NCBI GenBank assembly: GCA_010909165.1
Contig: VJWM01000118.1
Span: 310,001 to 374,000, forward strand
From: Anthoceros angustus
Lineage: Eukaryota > Plantae > Anthocerotophyta
DNA length: 64,000 nucleotides
Reading direction: 5' to 3'
Position numbers and translations under genes: made by a program. Under the pieces are notes generated by a model. It worked only from the letters and a program-made list of their open reading frames with translations. It did not search any database and was not told where the DNA came from. Below, one piece after another: positions 25,697 through 36,600 of this stretch; positions within the stretch are counted from its first letter, which is position 1; every line of letters starts with the position of its first letter.

Positions 25697-26137
25697 CTAA
25701 TCATTGATTGGCCCAATAAAGGAATACTCATAGTAACAGTCTTTGGCACTAAGAGAACCTGATTGTGCCCTTGGACAAAGCCGCATGAGTTCTTTGCGTA
25801 GTTCATCTAAACAAGCCAGACAGTCAGTTGCGGATTCTATTGTAATACCATTCCTGTAACAGTTGATCATTCCCCAAAAATATGAAGGAAATGGATCACC
25901 CAGACTCACATAGTAATATGGCATTTTTTGAGGGAATGTCGCAAATGCGCTTTGAACCAAATCGACTAACAAATTGCCTTTAAGACCCATTAACAAAGAG
26001 CCTTCAGGAAAATCAGGTCCACATGAAAAACCTAAAGTCGTTGTATCTGGTCGTAACCGACAGATTGCTCCATGACATTGAAGAATATAGCAAAATGATA
26101 TAAAGGTGAGTATGCACACAATTTTTGGGATTGCCAT
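25697..26137 (-). CDS. Secreted single-domain Gnk2/DUF26-like cysteine-rich protein
   Basis: Signal-peptide-like N-terminus, then C..N/LL.DL...A and C-x12-C-x2-C-x11-C-x12-CYYEY. Intronless, 146 aa. Confidence 0.75.
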   Translation of the reverse strand: MAIPKIVCILTFISFCYILQCHGAICRLRPDTTTLGFSCGPDFPEGSLLMGLKGNLLVDLVQSAFATFPQKMPYYYVSLGDPFPSYFWGMINCYRNGITIESATDCLACLDELRKELMRLCPRAQSGSLSAKDCYYEYSFIGPIND

Positions 26138-28026
26138 TTCTTATGGTTTTAAAATATAAAGAGTTTTTTGTTATATAATTATTGTAGGTGATCGATATTT
26201 TTTTAAGTAAGCAGATGACTTGGATCTTCTCTCATTTGCTGTAATGCTGAGACATAAGCACATGACATGTTGAGATAATAGATTCTAAAACAAAAGTTCC
26301 TGCAAATAAGAAGTAAATTATTAAAATATATATAATATAATTAATAAAATATTTTTGAATTTTTAATAGTACATTATTTAGCACCAAAGTTTTGTGAATT
26401 TTTTTTTTTTTGGAAATTACAATTTTGTTCCGCACTACATCACTTTGCATAAGCGTCATAATGGTTGGCCAACAACATTGTCTACATTATTCACACCATA
26501 GTTCATCTACCTCAAAAATGACATAATCTAGTAGAACGACAATAAAATTGCACTTAGTGGCTCCGTAGCATTTATTGAGTAGTTCAATAGTATTCATTAG
26601 CTTTAGTGCGTAAAGTAAAGTAAGATATCTCATAACTAACAACATCAAGTACTATTGTTGAAGTACTTTGAAGTTGTGTGCCTTATAAGGCAAGGCCTAC
26701 CAGTAAAGTAGGCCCCTACATTCCTACTTCATGGCCTTTTTCAGACAACGGGTGCTGACTTCAAAAGAGCTATAACAAGCGTTACTTTTAGTCACCAATA
26801 TGGGCAACACTTCTCTATCAACTTTCGAAGTAGGTAGGCCTTTCCGAACACCAAGATTCGGCCTTGTAGGAGCAGCAATACATCTCCAATCTGATATCCT
26901 GGGAGCATGATGCTCCCATCCATGGTATACATTAGAGGGTTTTTCTTCCACACTGTTTTGCTGTAGATGGGACCACACATCTCTGTTTGTTATATAAAGA
27001 TCTCGTAATTTGAAGAATTAGAAACTAAACATAAATAGTACACAAATAATCTAATTTTGTTGCATCTATTCTAAATGGTAGATGTAACTTTTTCCGTTTT
27101 GCAAAGATGAGATCAAGGTTAGGCACATATGAAACTAGTCTGCTCAAAGTAAAAGTAACAATACATAGCAATTAATTAAACGTAGCACATTTTGGAATCC
27201 ACGTGTACGCAAGCTAATTTATCCAAAGTACAAAATTCATCTTATCTCAATCAATCAAAAGCTTTTGCCAAGTCTTTTAGGATGAGGATTGAGCTCCACA
27301 CTCCAAAATATTGCACAAACTACTTAAATTGAGTGGGTCCATCCTTCTTTTAGGGAAACTCTCCTGCATCTATGTCGAGGAACTTTATAATATTCAAATT
27401 AAGATATGACCCACAATAATATTGAAACAAAAAGTGGGCCACAACCCATGTTGCGCTCCTCCCAACTCCAAAACTATCGGACTTGACTCTGCTTACAACC
27501 CCAACCAAACCAAGCAGTTGGAACTGCAATATAGAAGGTACCTTTGTTTTTTATAATGAACTTGGTTGTGGATTTAATTTCAGAGTAGCCTCGTAGGGCT
27601 TTGACATCAAGCGGCCCCCTGAGGCTTTTTTACAATGGGGAATGGGTAGCACGCCATCTTCAACACTGATCCAACTCAAGGGTGCTTGACCGTGGAGTTC
27701 CAATGGACCTCTAAATGTTACTCCTGAAGGGAGGACAAGGTATCTATTTCATGATAAGGAAATGGTATGAGAGAGTCAGCTAACAAATAGGATAATAGGG
27801 AAATAGCTAATCAATAGGAAAAGTAGCTGATTAATGGCGAGGAAAATTGGATAATACCCCTTATATAACGCTAAATGTTGTAAAGCAGAATAATCCTTAG
27901 TAAACTAACGGAAACCCAAGTAACCGTAGAAATATGACAATTCCACGTTAAGTCTAGAAAAGCCAAGAACTAGCTAGTGGTTAAGCACTGCTGGCTCGAC
28001 CTTCTTGGCCTATAACATGTGTCCCG

Positions 28027-28693
28027 TGTATATGTATTGTCACAAAATGAGAAACAGATCGTCCATTCCCTAAGCTTAAATCTTCGGCTGCATCGTAGCA
28101 AATATGTACTCTTTGGGGTGAAATAGAACAAATACAAAGGCCTAGTAGCCCAATTTGTAGGGTTAAGGATGACCTATTCAAAGTCCTTTGTAGGGTGGGT
28201 AACCACCACATCTACCACCAAGACTTGGTCACCTCATCCGAGGTCCAAGTTAGCTCTCACCATCCGACCTGTGCAAAGATTGTCTCCCCAGGCAAAAGAT
28301 TAGATCAAATATCTCAAATTTAAGTAGGAGGTCTCAATATATGAGACTATCAAAATCTGTATATGTATTGTCACAAAATGAGAAACAGATCGTCCATTCC
28401 CTAAGCTTAAATCTTCGGCTGCATCGTAGCAAATATGTACTCTTTGGGGTGAAATAGAACAAATACAAAGGCCTAGTAGCCCAATTTGTAGGGTTAAGGA
28501 TGACCTATTCAAAGTCCTTTGTAGGGTGGGTAACCACCACATCTACCACCAAGACTTGGTCACCTCATCCGAGGTCCAAGTTAGCTCTCACCATCCGACC
28601 TGTGCAAAGATTGTCTCCCTCTAGGCCAGAAAAGATTAGATCAAATATCTCAAATTTAAGTAGGACAGTCTCAATATATGAGACTATCAAAAT
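28027..28693. repeat. 331-bp tandem duplication
   Basis: TGTATATGTATTGTCACAAAATG... at 28027 and 28358; about 260 bp identical, the rest with small indels. Confidence 0.9.
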
Positions 28694-28969
28694 ACGAGTA
28701 TTCCAGAAACTCAATATATTACACTCGTAAGATGTTACGTTTTGAGCACATAATAATAATTTGATTGATTATAATTCTAAAAAAAATTATTTGTGCATTT
28801 ACCTAATTCCATGTTTCCAAGAAAATGATTCTTTCAAAAATTCCTTTGGTTCTTGTCCTATTATTTGTATCTTGATCATGATTTATTATATACCAAATAA
28901 AACTATATAAGATTATAGTACTGTAACCTGCTCCTAGTTCTTAGTTTTTGAGATAGAAATGTATTTAAA

Positions 28970-29437
28970 ATGAAGATCATATTAAAAATTATATATGTAA
29001 GTATATTTTGTTTGAATATGATTGCATCACAACCTGAATGGTGGAAAACAAAAACCGAACTCGGATGTTCGATAAAACAATTTGACCCAATTGATCTAGC
29101 TCAAATACAATTGTTTACTTTGGTACAATTACTAGTTGAACAAGCTATTGAAAATCAACCAAGACGAGCTATGGTGGATCCTATCCCAAATATTATGCAC
29201 TTCATGGGTGAGGCTGAATGTACTGGTTGGGATTTGAATCCGCCTCCATTAGAAGATATTACCATTTTAGGTATGTATGTGTCAAAACAGGATTGTAGCT
29301 TGTGTCTGAACTTTCTTGTCTCCAAGATCCATAACCGATGCCCTATGAGTATAAGTGTTATAAGCTCTAATCGTGGATGTAAATTAGCATATGCATATAA
29401 TAAAAACTATAATGTTTGCCCCGCACCACCATTCTGA
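28970..29437 (+). CDS. Secreted single-domain Gnk2/DUF26-like cysteine-rich protein with a long loop insertion
   Basis: Signal-peptide-like N-terminus; GEAEC-x24-C-x2-C (VSKQDCSLCLNFLVSKIHNRCPMSISV) -x11-C-x12-CKLAY, aligning by eye with ginkbilobin-2 ([26 protein letters not shown]). Confidence 0.75.
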   Translation: MKIILKIIYVSIFCLNMIASQPEWWKTKTELGCSIKQFDPIDLAQIQLFTLVQLLVEQAIENQPRRAMVDPIPNIMHFMGEAECTGWDLNPPPLEDITILGMYVSKQDCSLCLNFLVSKIHNRCPMSISVISSNRGCKLAYAYNKNYNVCPAPPF

Positions 29438-29458
29438 TAAAGTTAGTCACCATATCAC

Positions 29459-29812
29459 TTAGTCACCATATCACTTAGCCCCCATACCAATGGTTTAAAG
29501 AAATGTATATGATAGTACATTATTGGTCAACTAAATATGAAATAGTATACACATGGTCTATACATTAAGAATGCATAAAATGCATTCTCTTTGTTCAATT
29601 TGTGGATGTAAATAAACATAAACATACGCATATAATAAAGATTATGATTTTTGCCCCCGAGCCGCCATCATGACATAGTTAGTCACCATATCACTTAGTC
29701 CCCATATCAATGGTTTAAACAAATATATATGATACTATATTATTGGTCAACTAAATATGAAATAGTATATACATAGTCCACACATTAAGAATGTATAAAA
29801 TGCATTCTCTTT
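29459..29812. repeat. Direct repeat pair, 220-bp period, downstream of the DUF26 gene
   Basis: TTAGTCACCATATCACTTAG...TGCATTCTCTTT at 29459 and 29679. Confidence 0.8.
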
Positions 29813-31656
29813 GAACTTAGTGGATGTACTCAATATAAAATTTTATCTTATTTGTGAAATCATTACAAGCATACCTTACCAGCTTCTATTTAAGTTTTTA
29901 GACCTGTAAGATGAGAACCTGTGATATTAATAATCCATATGCATCTTGATCTTTCCAGGAATAATATAGTTCTTTATTGAGGGGAAAAGCTGATCCAGCA
30001 GAGGGAGACCTCCAAGGCCATAGTAAAAGGAGCAACTAAGCTCCATCCCTCAAGTCACCTACTAATGACCTTTTATAGGTATTGCATTTGTTGGTTCTCA
30101 CTTATAAGTTAAATGAAGAATTAACAAAATGTGGAGACTTAATGTATTTGCAGATATCCGAAGCCTTATCTACACCAAGGCAATGGGGAACAACCTACTA
30201 GAGGAGCCCAGGCCAAGGGAGACTAGCCCCCGGAAACTATCAACCACCCCCAAGATGTCGTAATCTAGAATGAGATAGGGCCTACCTACAACAAGAGTTG
30301 ATCCAGATTAAGTGCACTTTCTCTTATATATTGACTATAAGCGAACATGTGCCCAGATATCTCGCGAGCTTGATGACCCCACCGGCAGGAGCGGAAAAGC
30401 GAGTGTATAGGAATCGAGAAAGCTTGATTATGGGAGCACCTAGTTCTTGTACGCCTACCGGGGTTCCGCACCGCTTTACCCGAGCTAACAACTAATGGAT
30501 CAAGTTATTGACCACCGGGGTTAGCTCAATCTCGCTCCTAACCCATCGGACAATTGCTTAAGAGAGAAGTTGAATGAGGTGAGGTAGAGAGGTGCCGCTG
30601 GAAGGTATTTACCGACAACCCCTTCCCCCGAGACTCGTGCAAAGAGAGCAGCAAGAAGAAGTGCTTGCTGGCTGAGAGCGGAAACATCGATTGGTTAAAG
30701 CGGAGGTAAGAGATGAGGTTGAGATGAACGCACGCAAAAGAGGCTGCCGAATCGATACTTTGGCATCAGTAGAATTTCTTACCCAAGTGTGTGCATCCGT
30801 ATTTGTCGAACCCGCTAGGAGGGAAGAAGCTGCATCGTGAGAAGAGAGGATAACGCCACAGAAGAGGATACATTTCTTCCTGTGATAATGCGAGAGGGAA
30901 GAGAGTTTACTGAGGATCTTGTGGTAGAAAGGGAGGACTTTCTAATCTTGGTTCCTTCGTCTAGCTCTAGCGGTTATGTCCTAGGCATGCCCTACGCGTG
31001 CTCTGCTGCGGCCATTACTCCTATGCCAGCAGCCTCATCTGGACGCTAATCAGGTGTCCAGTCCTTCCCATTGAGCTACTCTTCAGCTCGCTGGCTCACG
31101 GCAATAGCTGGCCATGGCATTGACATGTTGAACACCATAATTTTTGAAGGGGGGGAATATACAACCCCCCTTCGAGGGAAAAAAAACCCCTTAGATGGAA
31201 AAGGCACCATCCTCAAACTGTGGGAATCGCCTGTTTTGAAAATAAACACACCCTCCATTAGTACACATGTTTGGGGAAAGAATGAATTTGTAAATAAATC
31301 TCCCTCACGGACCCAGCAATGGCGCCGGCTGGCCGGCGCTATTGCGGAGTACGAACAAGCTATAATGTTACACCCACAGTTGTGAAAATCGAAAACGTCA
31401 AAAATTAAAAGGTTCGGAGAGGACCAAAACATGCAGGTGGCGATACAATACAGTATAATGGCAATACAAGCAATGAATAAAATCTACTTCCTCTAACTCC
31501 ATAGGGAGGATTTGCTACACAAGTCTACAATGGTCCCTCATGAGGGCTTATCTGCGAGTCGACCATTTCTTACACTGAGACTGAATCTACAACAACTGCC
31601 AAATTGCGCATGCGTTCCATCTCCTACGCGTCAAAGCTGTCATTCTCCCCTAACGC

Positions 31657-32515
31657 CTACTTGTCTTCATTGATATCATTCTGGGGGTCGGCATCTGTCA
31701 GGGTCGCCTGCCAAACAACATCCAAGGTTTGCTGCCCATCATCCATAAGTTCGCCGGTTGTTGTCTTCAAACTCTTCTCACTCAATGCTACAACTTGGGC
31801 TTTTAAGCAGTCCTTTTCACTAATACAAACCTTCTTTGCCCAGAACTGAGATGGCCCCCTCCGATGCGGCTCAAAAGTCAACTCTTCCTCTGCATCTGGC
31901 AGGACATCAATACCGTGTATGCGTTGTGCAATATAACCTGCGCATCTCAAGTCCGCCTCTACTGCAATATAGTTCCGGCCACACAATAATGCAGCTAGTG
32001 TCGTAGTGCCGCTGCTTGCACATGCATCAATAACCCAGTCCCCTTCCTTGGAGAATGTCCTCACTAGTTTCATCATGAGCCCTAATGGTCGTTGGTATGG
32101 GCACACCACCAACTTGTCATGAGAGACGTAAACCTGTTTCTTCATGACAGTAGGGTGTCCAATAACGGACCTTCAATTGTTGAAGGTCCGATGCATCACA
32201 TTTGGCATCATGGCAGCCCTTTCCTTCACACATCCTCCTTTCACACCTCATCCCACTGTAACGTACTCCACATTCTCAAATCCGCCTCTATCATTGTTCA
32301 TGTTAGTCTTGTCCCAGATAAATGATACTAATTCAAACTACGCGATAAACCACATGTTGTTTCCCACGAATAAGTGATTTGGAATGAACTTGTCCGCGGG
32401 ATTGCAGTTCCTCGCATGAAGCGTATTGCGTATGAGAAACGGTATTGCTCGCGTAAATGGTCTACATTGTGGGTCTTACTTTGCCCGAAACAAATAGGTC
32501 TGGGAATAGGGACAC
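31657..32515 (-). pseudogene. Beta-class N4-cytosine/N6-adenine DNA methyltransferase-like (N6_N4_Mtase) ORF, decayed and interrupted
   Basis: One frame: FIWDK..GGFENVEYVTVG* ... CPYQRPLGLMMKLVRTFSKEGDWVIDACASSGTTTLAALLCGRNYIAVEAD, matching the family consensus (IWxK..E; HPxxKPxxL; S.EGD.VLDPF.GSGTT..AA...GR..IG.E). Four in-frame stops (32173, 32248, 32338, 32476) lie upstream of the called 162-aa ORF. Confidence 0.75.
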
Positions 32516-32669
32516 TGTGGAGTGCCAAATCCGATGTCCGTACTCCTGGCGACTTGTCTTAGGCTTGTTTTGTTTTTTTTTGGGTCAGCACTTAAGAGGA
32601 TAGGGAGGAGTTAGCCAATAAGTTGCTTGCATTGCACAGTGTGCAACTTTAGACCCTAGGTCCCCTAGG

Positions 32670-32940
32670 TCCGGAGTGGTCTGCCCGGCGAGGTCCGACG
32701 GAGTGGTCTGCCCGCGAGGTCTGGGAGTGGTCTGCCCGGCGAGGGTCTCGAGTGGTCTGCGGGCAGGTCTACGCGAGGTCTGCCCGGCGAGGTCTGGCGG
32801 AGGTCTGCTCGGCGAGGTCCGACGAGTGGTCTGCCCGGCGAGGTCTGGCGGAGGGTCTGCCCGGCGAGGTCTGGCGAGTGGTCTGCCCGCGAGGTCACGG
32901 AGTGGTCTGCCTTGAGAGGTCCGGGCGGAGTGGTTCGCCG
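32670..32940. repeat. GC-rich minisatellite (~25-bp unit GGAGGGTCTGCCCGGCGAGGTCTGAC) in the non-autonomous LTR
   Basis: Tandem degenerate copies; also at ~34510-34930, 36390-36830 and 38430-38790, with differing copy number. Confidence 0.9.
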
Positions 32941-33329
32941 TGGTTTAGTTTGGTGGTACGCCGGCATGGACATTAAGGGGGAAGTACTGCAAGAAGTCCG
33001 GCGCAGTGATGAGCTACGCCCGGCATTACGACCTGTGGTTAGTACATATATAGTGTGGTTAGGATACATACATAGGCGGGTTAGGTTAGGGTATGGGGAG
33101 TATATAGGAAGGCTCAAGGCCCAAGACGGCAGACTATCCCTGTACCATCTTCAAGGCCCTGTGTTTCGCCTTCCGTGCTCGAGGAGCGGAGTGAGTTCCT
33201 GCCACCGCAGGTGATTAATTGGTGGTAGAGGGATGTGTTAGAGCTCGTGACGAGCCCGCCAACACGCTTTGATGGGTGCATGGGTCGGACTCGAGCTCGA
33301 GGTGCTCGGGTGATTTCGTAGACTAACCT

Positions 33330-33600
33330 TGGAGGCCGCCGAACGGAGGTCGGGGATGCAGAAGCCACTCCGCAGTAACGTGAAGCTGAGGGGATTAGGA
33401 GGCGCTTGGGGTGACTGGGCGGAAGCCATCCTGAGGTCAGCTGAACGGAGGTCGGGGATGCAGTGCCACTCTCCGCAGTAACGTGAAGCCGGAGGGGATT
33501 AGGAGGCGCTGGGGTGACCGGAAGCCATCCTGAGGCCGCCTGAACGGAGGTCAGGTGCAGTCGCTGGTTACCCGTAACGTGAAGCAGGAGGCAAAGGCGG
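33330..33600. repeat. ~90-120-bp tandem repeat in the non-autonomous LTR
   Basis: GAAGCCATCCTGAGG..CTGAACGGAGGTC..AACGTGAAGC..GGATTAGGAGGCGCT..GGGTGAC repeated 2-3 times here and in each other LTR copy. Confidence 0.75.
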
Positions 33601-36600
33601 CCCGTGTGAATACATCGGCTGTTGGTGTTGTGACTACTAGCCGGAATGGATAAGGAGAGGAGGTCGCGCGGCGGCGTGTGTTGAGGTGGAGTTGTGGCCG
33701 ACAGAGTTGAGGAGCGCCGGGCGCCAGAGTACGAGATCGATGGGGAACGCGCGCTAAACCTCGCTCCGATGGAGAAACCGTGGGTTTGTGGGAAGGTCCG
33801 GTACGCGGTCCGTCCGAGTTGTGGAGGGGCACACACTTAGGTTGTGGAGCCACGACCCAACATGATGAAGTCCGCTCAGCGATAGGTTGTAGAGCTCAGT
33901 GCATTAAGCACGAGACCATTCCTTGGGAACGAACTCTTCCTACAACGACACGGATTGTGCGCCTACCGGCTATCACGAAAGTCGCCACATTTTGGCGCTG
34001 CTGGGAATGGTATTGTTGTGGACCGCCTGAGTTAGTAGGTAGGAGTAGGATGACCGCGATTGCTTGTGGATGGGTGTAATGGTCGGCGCAGGAGTATATA
34101 GAATAGGGAGGATGCACAGGACCTGACGCCGAGGGTGCGAATCTGCGGAGGCCCAAAGATGCTCAAAGGGAGAAAGAAGATGGGCACGGGCGCTGGGAGG
34201 ACGGCACATCAACCTCGAGGAGGAGGGCGACTCATCCTCAACGGAGGATGAATCTTGGTAAAAAGGTTCCAATGTTGCCGACTTACACCCCGAGGAGGTA
34301 GTAAAAGCCGAGAAGGGAGAGTCCGAAGAAGAGCGGAGTATTGTTTGGCGAGGCCGCCATGATGAGAAGGGAGTATGTGGAGTGCCAAACCATGTCCGCT
34401 CTACTTGTCGGCTTGTTTTGCTTTTTTTGGGTCACATCACTAAGAGGGATAGGGAGGAGTTAGCCAATAAGGCTTTTTCGCCGATTGCACAGGCAATCCC
34501 TAGACAGGTCCGTCCGGTCCTCCCGAGGTCCGACGGAGTGGTCCGTCCGAGGTCGGAGTGGTCTGCCCGGCGAGGTCCGACGGAGGGTCTGCCCGGCGAG
34601 GTCCAGAGTGGTCTGGTAAGGGTCCGAGGAGGTCTGCCCGGCGCAGGTCGGAGTGGTCTGCCCGCGTAGGTCTGCCGAGGTCGGTCTGCCCGCGAGGTCT
34701 GACGGAGTGGTCTGCTCGGCGAGGTCGATGGAGGGTCTGCTCGGGGTTCGATGAGTGGTCTGCCCGGCGAGGTCTGACGGAGGGTCTGCCCGGCGAGGTC
34801 CGACGGAGGGTCTGCCCGGCGTAGGTCGACGGAGGGTCCCGGCAGGGTGACGGAGTGGTCTGCCCGGCGAGGTCCGATGAGTGGTCTGCCCGGAGGTCCG
34901 GCGGAGGTCCGAGAGGTCCGGCGAGTGGTTCGCCGGTGGTTTAGTTTGGTGGGCACGCCGCATGGATCTACTGCTTATGGGAAGCAACTGCAAGAAGTCC
35001 GCGCAGTGATGAGCTACGCCCGGTTACCACGACTGTGGTTAGGGTATATATAGGTGGGATATACATAGGCGGGTTAGGTTAGGGTATGGGAGTATATAGG
35101 AAGGCTCGCGCCCAAGACGTGTATCATCCTGTATCTTCGGCCTGTGCTCTGCCTCCGTGCTCGAGGAGCGAGTGAGTTCCCCGCCACCGCGTGTGATTAA
35201 TTGGTGGTAGAGGGATGTGTTTAGAGCTCGTGACGAGCCCGCCAACACGCTGATGGGTGCATCCTGACGGACTCGAGCTCGGAGGTGCTCATGGTGATTT
35301 CTGTAGACTAACCTTGAGGCTGAACGAGGTGCTGCAAACGGAAGCGAGGAGGAGGCGCTCAGAAGCCATCCTTGAGGCCGAACGAGGTGATGCAGCTCTG
35401 TGAGAGGATTAGGAGGCGCTGGGGTGACTGGAAGCCATCCTGAGGCCGAACGAGGTGTGGGGATGCAGCAAGCCACTTCTCCGCAGTAACGTGAAGCGAG
35501 GGGATTAGAGGCGCTGGGGTGACCGGGCGGAAGCCATCCTTGGAGGCCGCTGAACGGAGGTCAGTGCAGTCGCAAGCTACTCCGCAGAACGTGAAGCCCG
35601 AAGGGGCAAAGGCGGCCGTGTGAATACATCGCATGTTGGTGTTGTGACTACTAGCCGGGAATGGACAAGAGAAGGAGGGTTAGCTGCGGAGGTGGAGTTG
35701 TGGCTTGACAGAGTTGAGGAGCGCGGGCGCTAGAGTACGAGATCGATGGGGAACGCTCGCTAAACCCGCTCCTGGTATCGGAGAAACCCGGGTTTGTGGG
35801 AAGGTCCGGGTCGGGTCCGTCCGACGAGTTGTGGAGGGCACACTTAGGTTGTGGAGCACGACCCAACATCGATGAAGTCCGCTCAGCGATAGGTAGAGCC
35901 TGTGCAAAGCACGACCATTCCCTTGGGAACGGACCCTTCCTACAACGACACGGATTGTGCGCGCCTACCGCCATCGAAAGTCGCGCCACATTTTGGCGCT
36001 GCTGGGAATGGTGGGACCCCGAGTTAGTAGGTAGGAGGAGACCGCCGATTGCGTTGTGGATGGGGTGTAATGGTCAAGGTAGGAGAGTGCACAGGACCGG
36101 ACGCCGAGGGTGCGAATCTAGCGGGAGGCCCAAAGATGCTCAAAGGGAGAAAGAAGATGGGCACGGCGCCTGGGAGGACGGCACATCAACCCTGAGGAGG
36201 AGGCGACTCATCCTCAATCTGAGGAGGACTCTGGTAAAAAGGATGCCCAATGTGACCTGGCCGCCAGATGAGAAGGAGGTGGAGTGCCAAAGAGTCCGAC
36301 GGCGAGTTTTGCTTGTTTTGTTGGGTCACATCATAAGAGGGAGGTAGCCAATAAGGCCGATTGCACTGTGTGCAATCCTAGATAGGTCCGGGAGGACGGA
36401 GTGGTCCGTGAGGTCCAGTGGTCCGTCTCGAGGTCCGACAGTCCCGTCTGGCGAGTCCCCGGAGGTCCGCTAGGTCTGGGAGGGTCTGCCGGGCAGGGTC
36501 TGGATGGAGGGTCTGCTCCGAGGGTCTGGCGAGGGTCTGCCCGGGCGTCCGGAGTCTGGCCCGCGAGGTTCACGGAGGGTCTGCTCCGCGTAGGTCTGAC

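Noticed and set aside
26724-26980. Short overlapping minus-strand ORFs between the DUF26 genes
   Set aside because: No recognisable domain, splice pattern or signal peptide.
27981-28542. Two near-identical 76-80-aa ORFs (MWWLPTLQ...)
   Set aside because: Products of the 331-bp tandem duplication, with no domain or coding signal.
32167-32189. Perfect 10-bp hairpin covering an in-frame TGA of the MTase, suggesting recoding or readthrough
   Set aside because: Three other stops and a 7-kb insertion disrupt the same frame; ordinary decay is simpler.
32374-32562. Plus-strand ORF (MIWNELVRG...) that also continues across the insertion site
   Set aside because: Antisense to the MTase frame, hits stops soon after the junction and has no recognisable motif.
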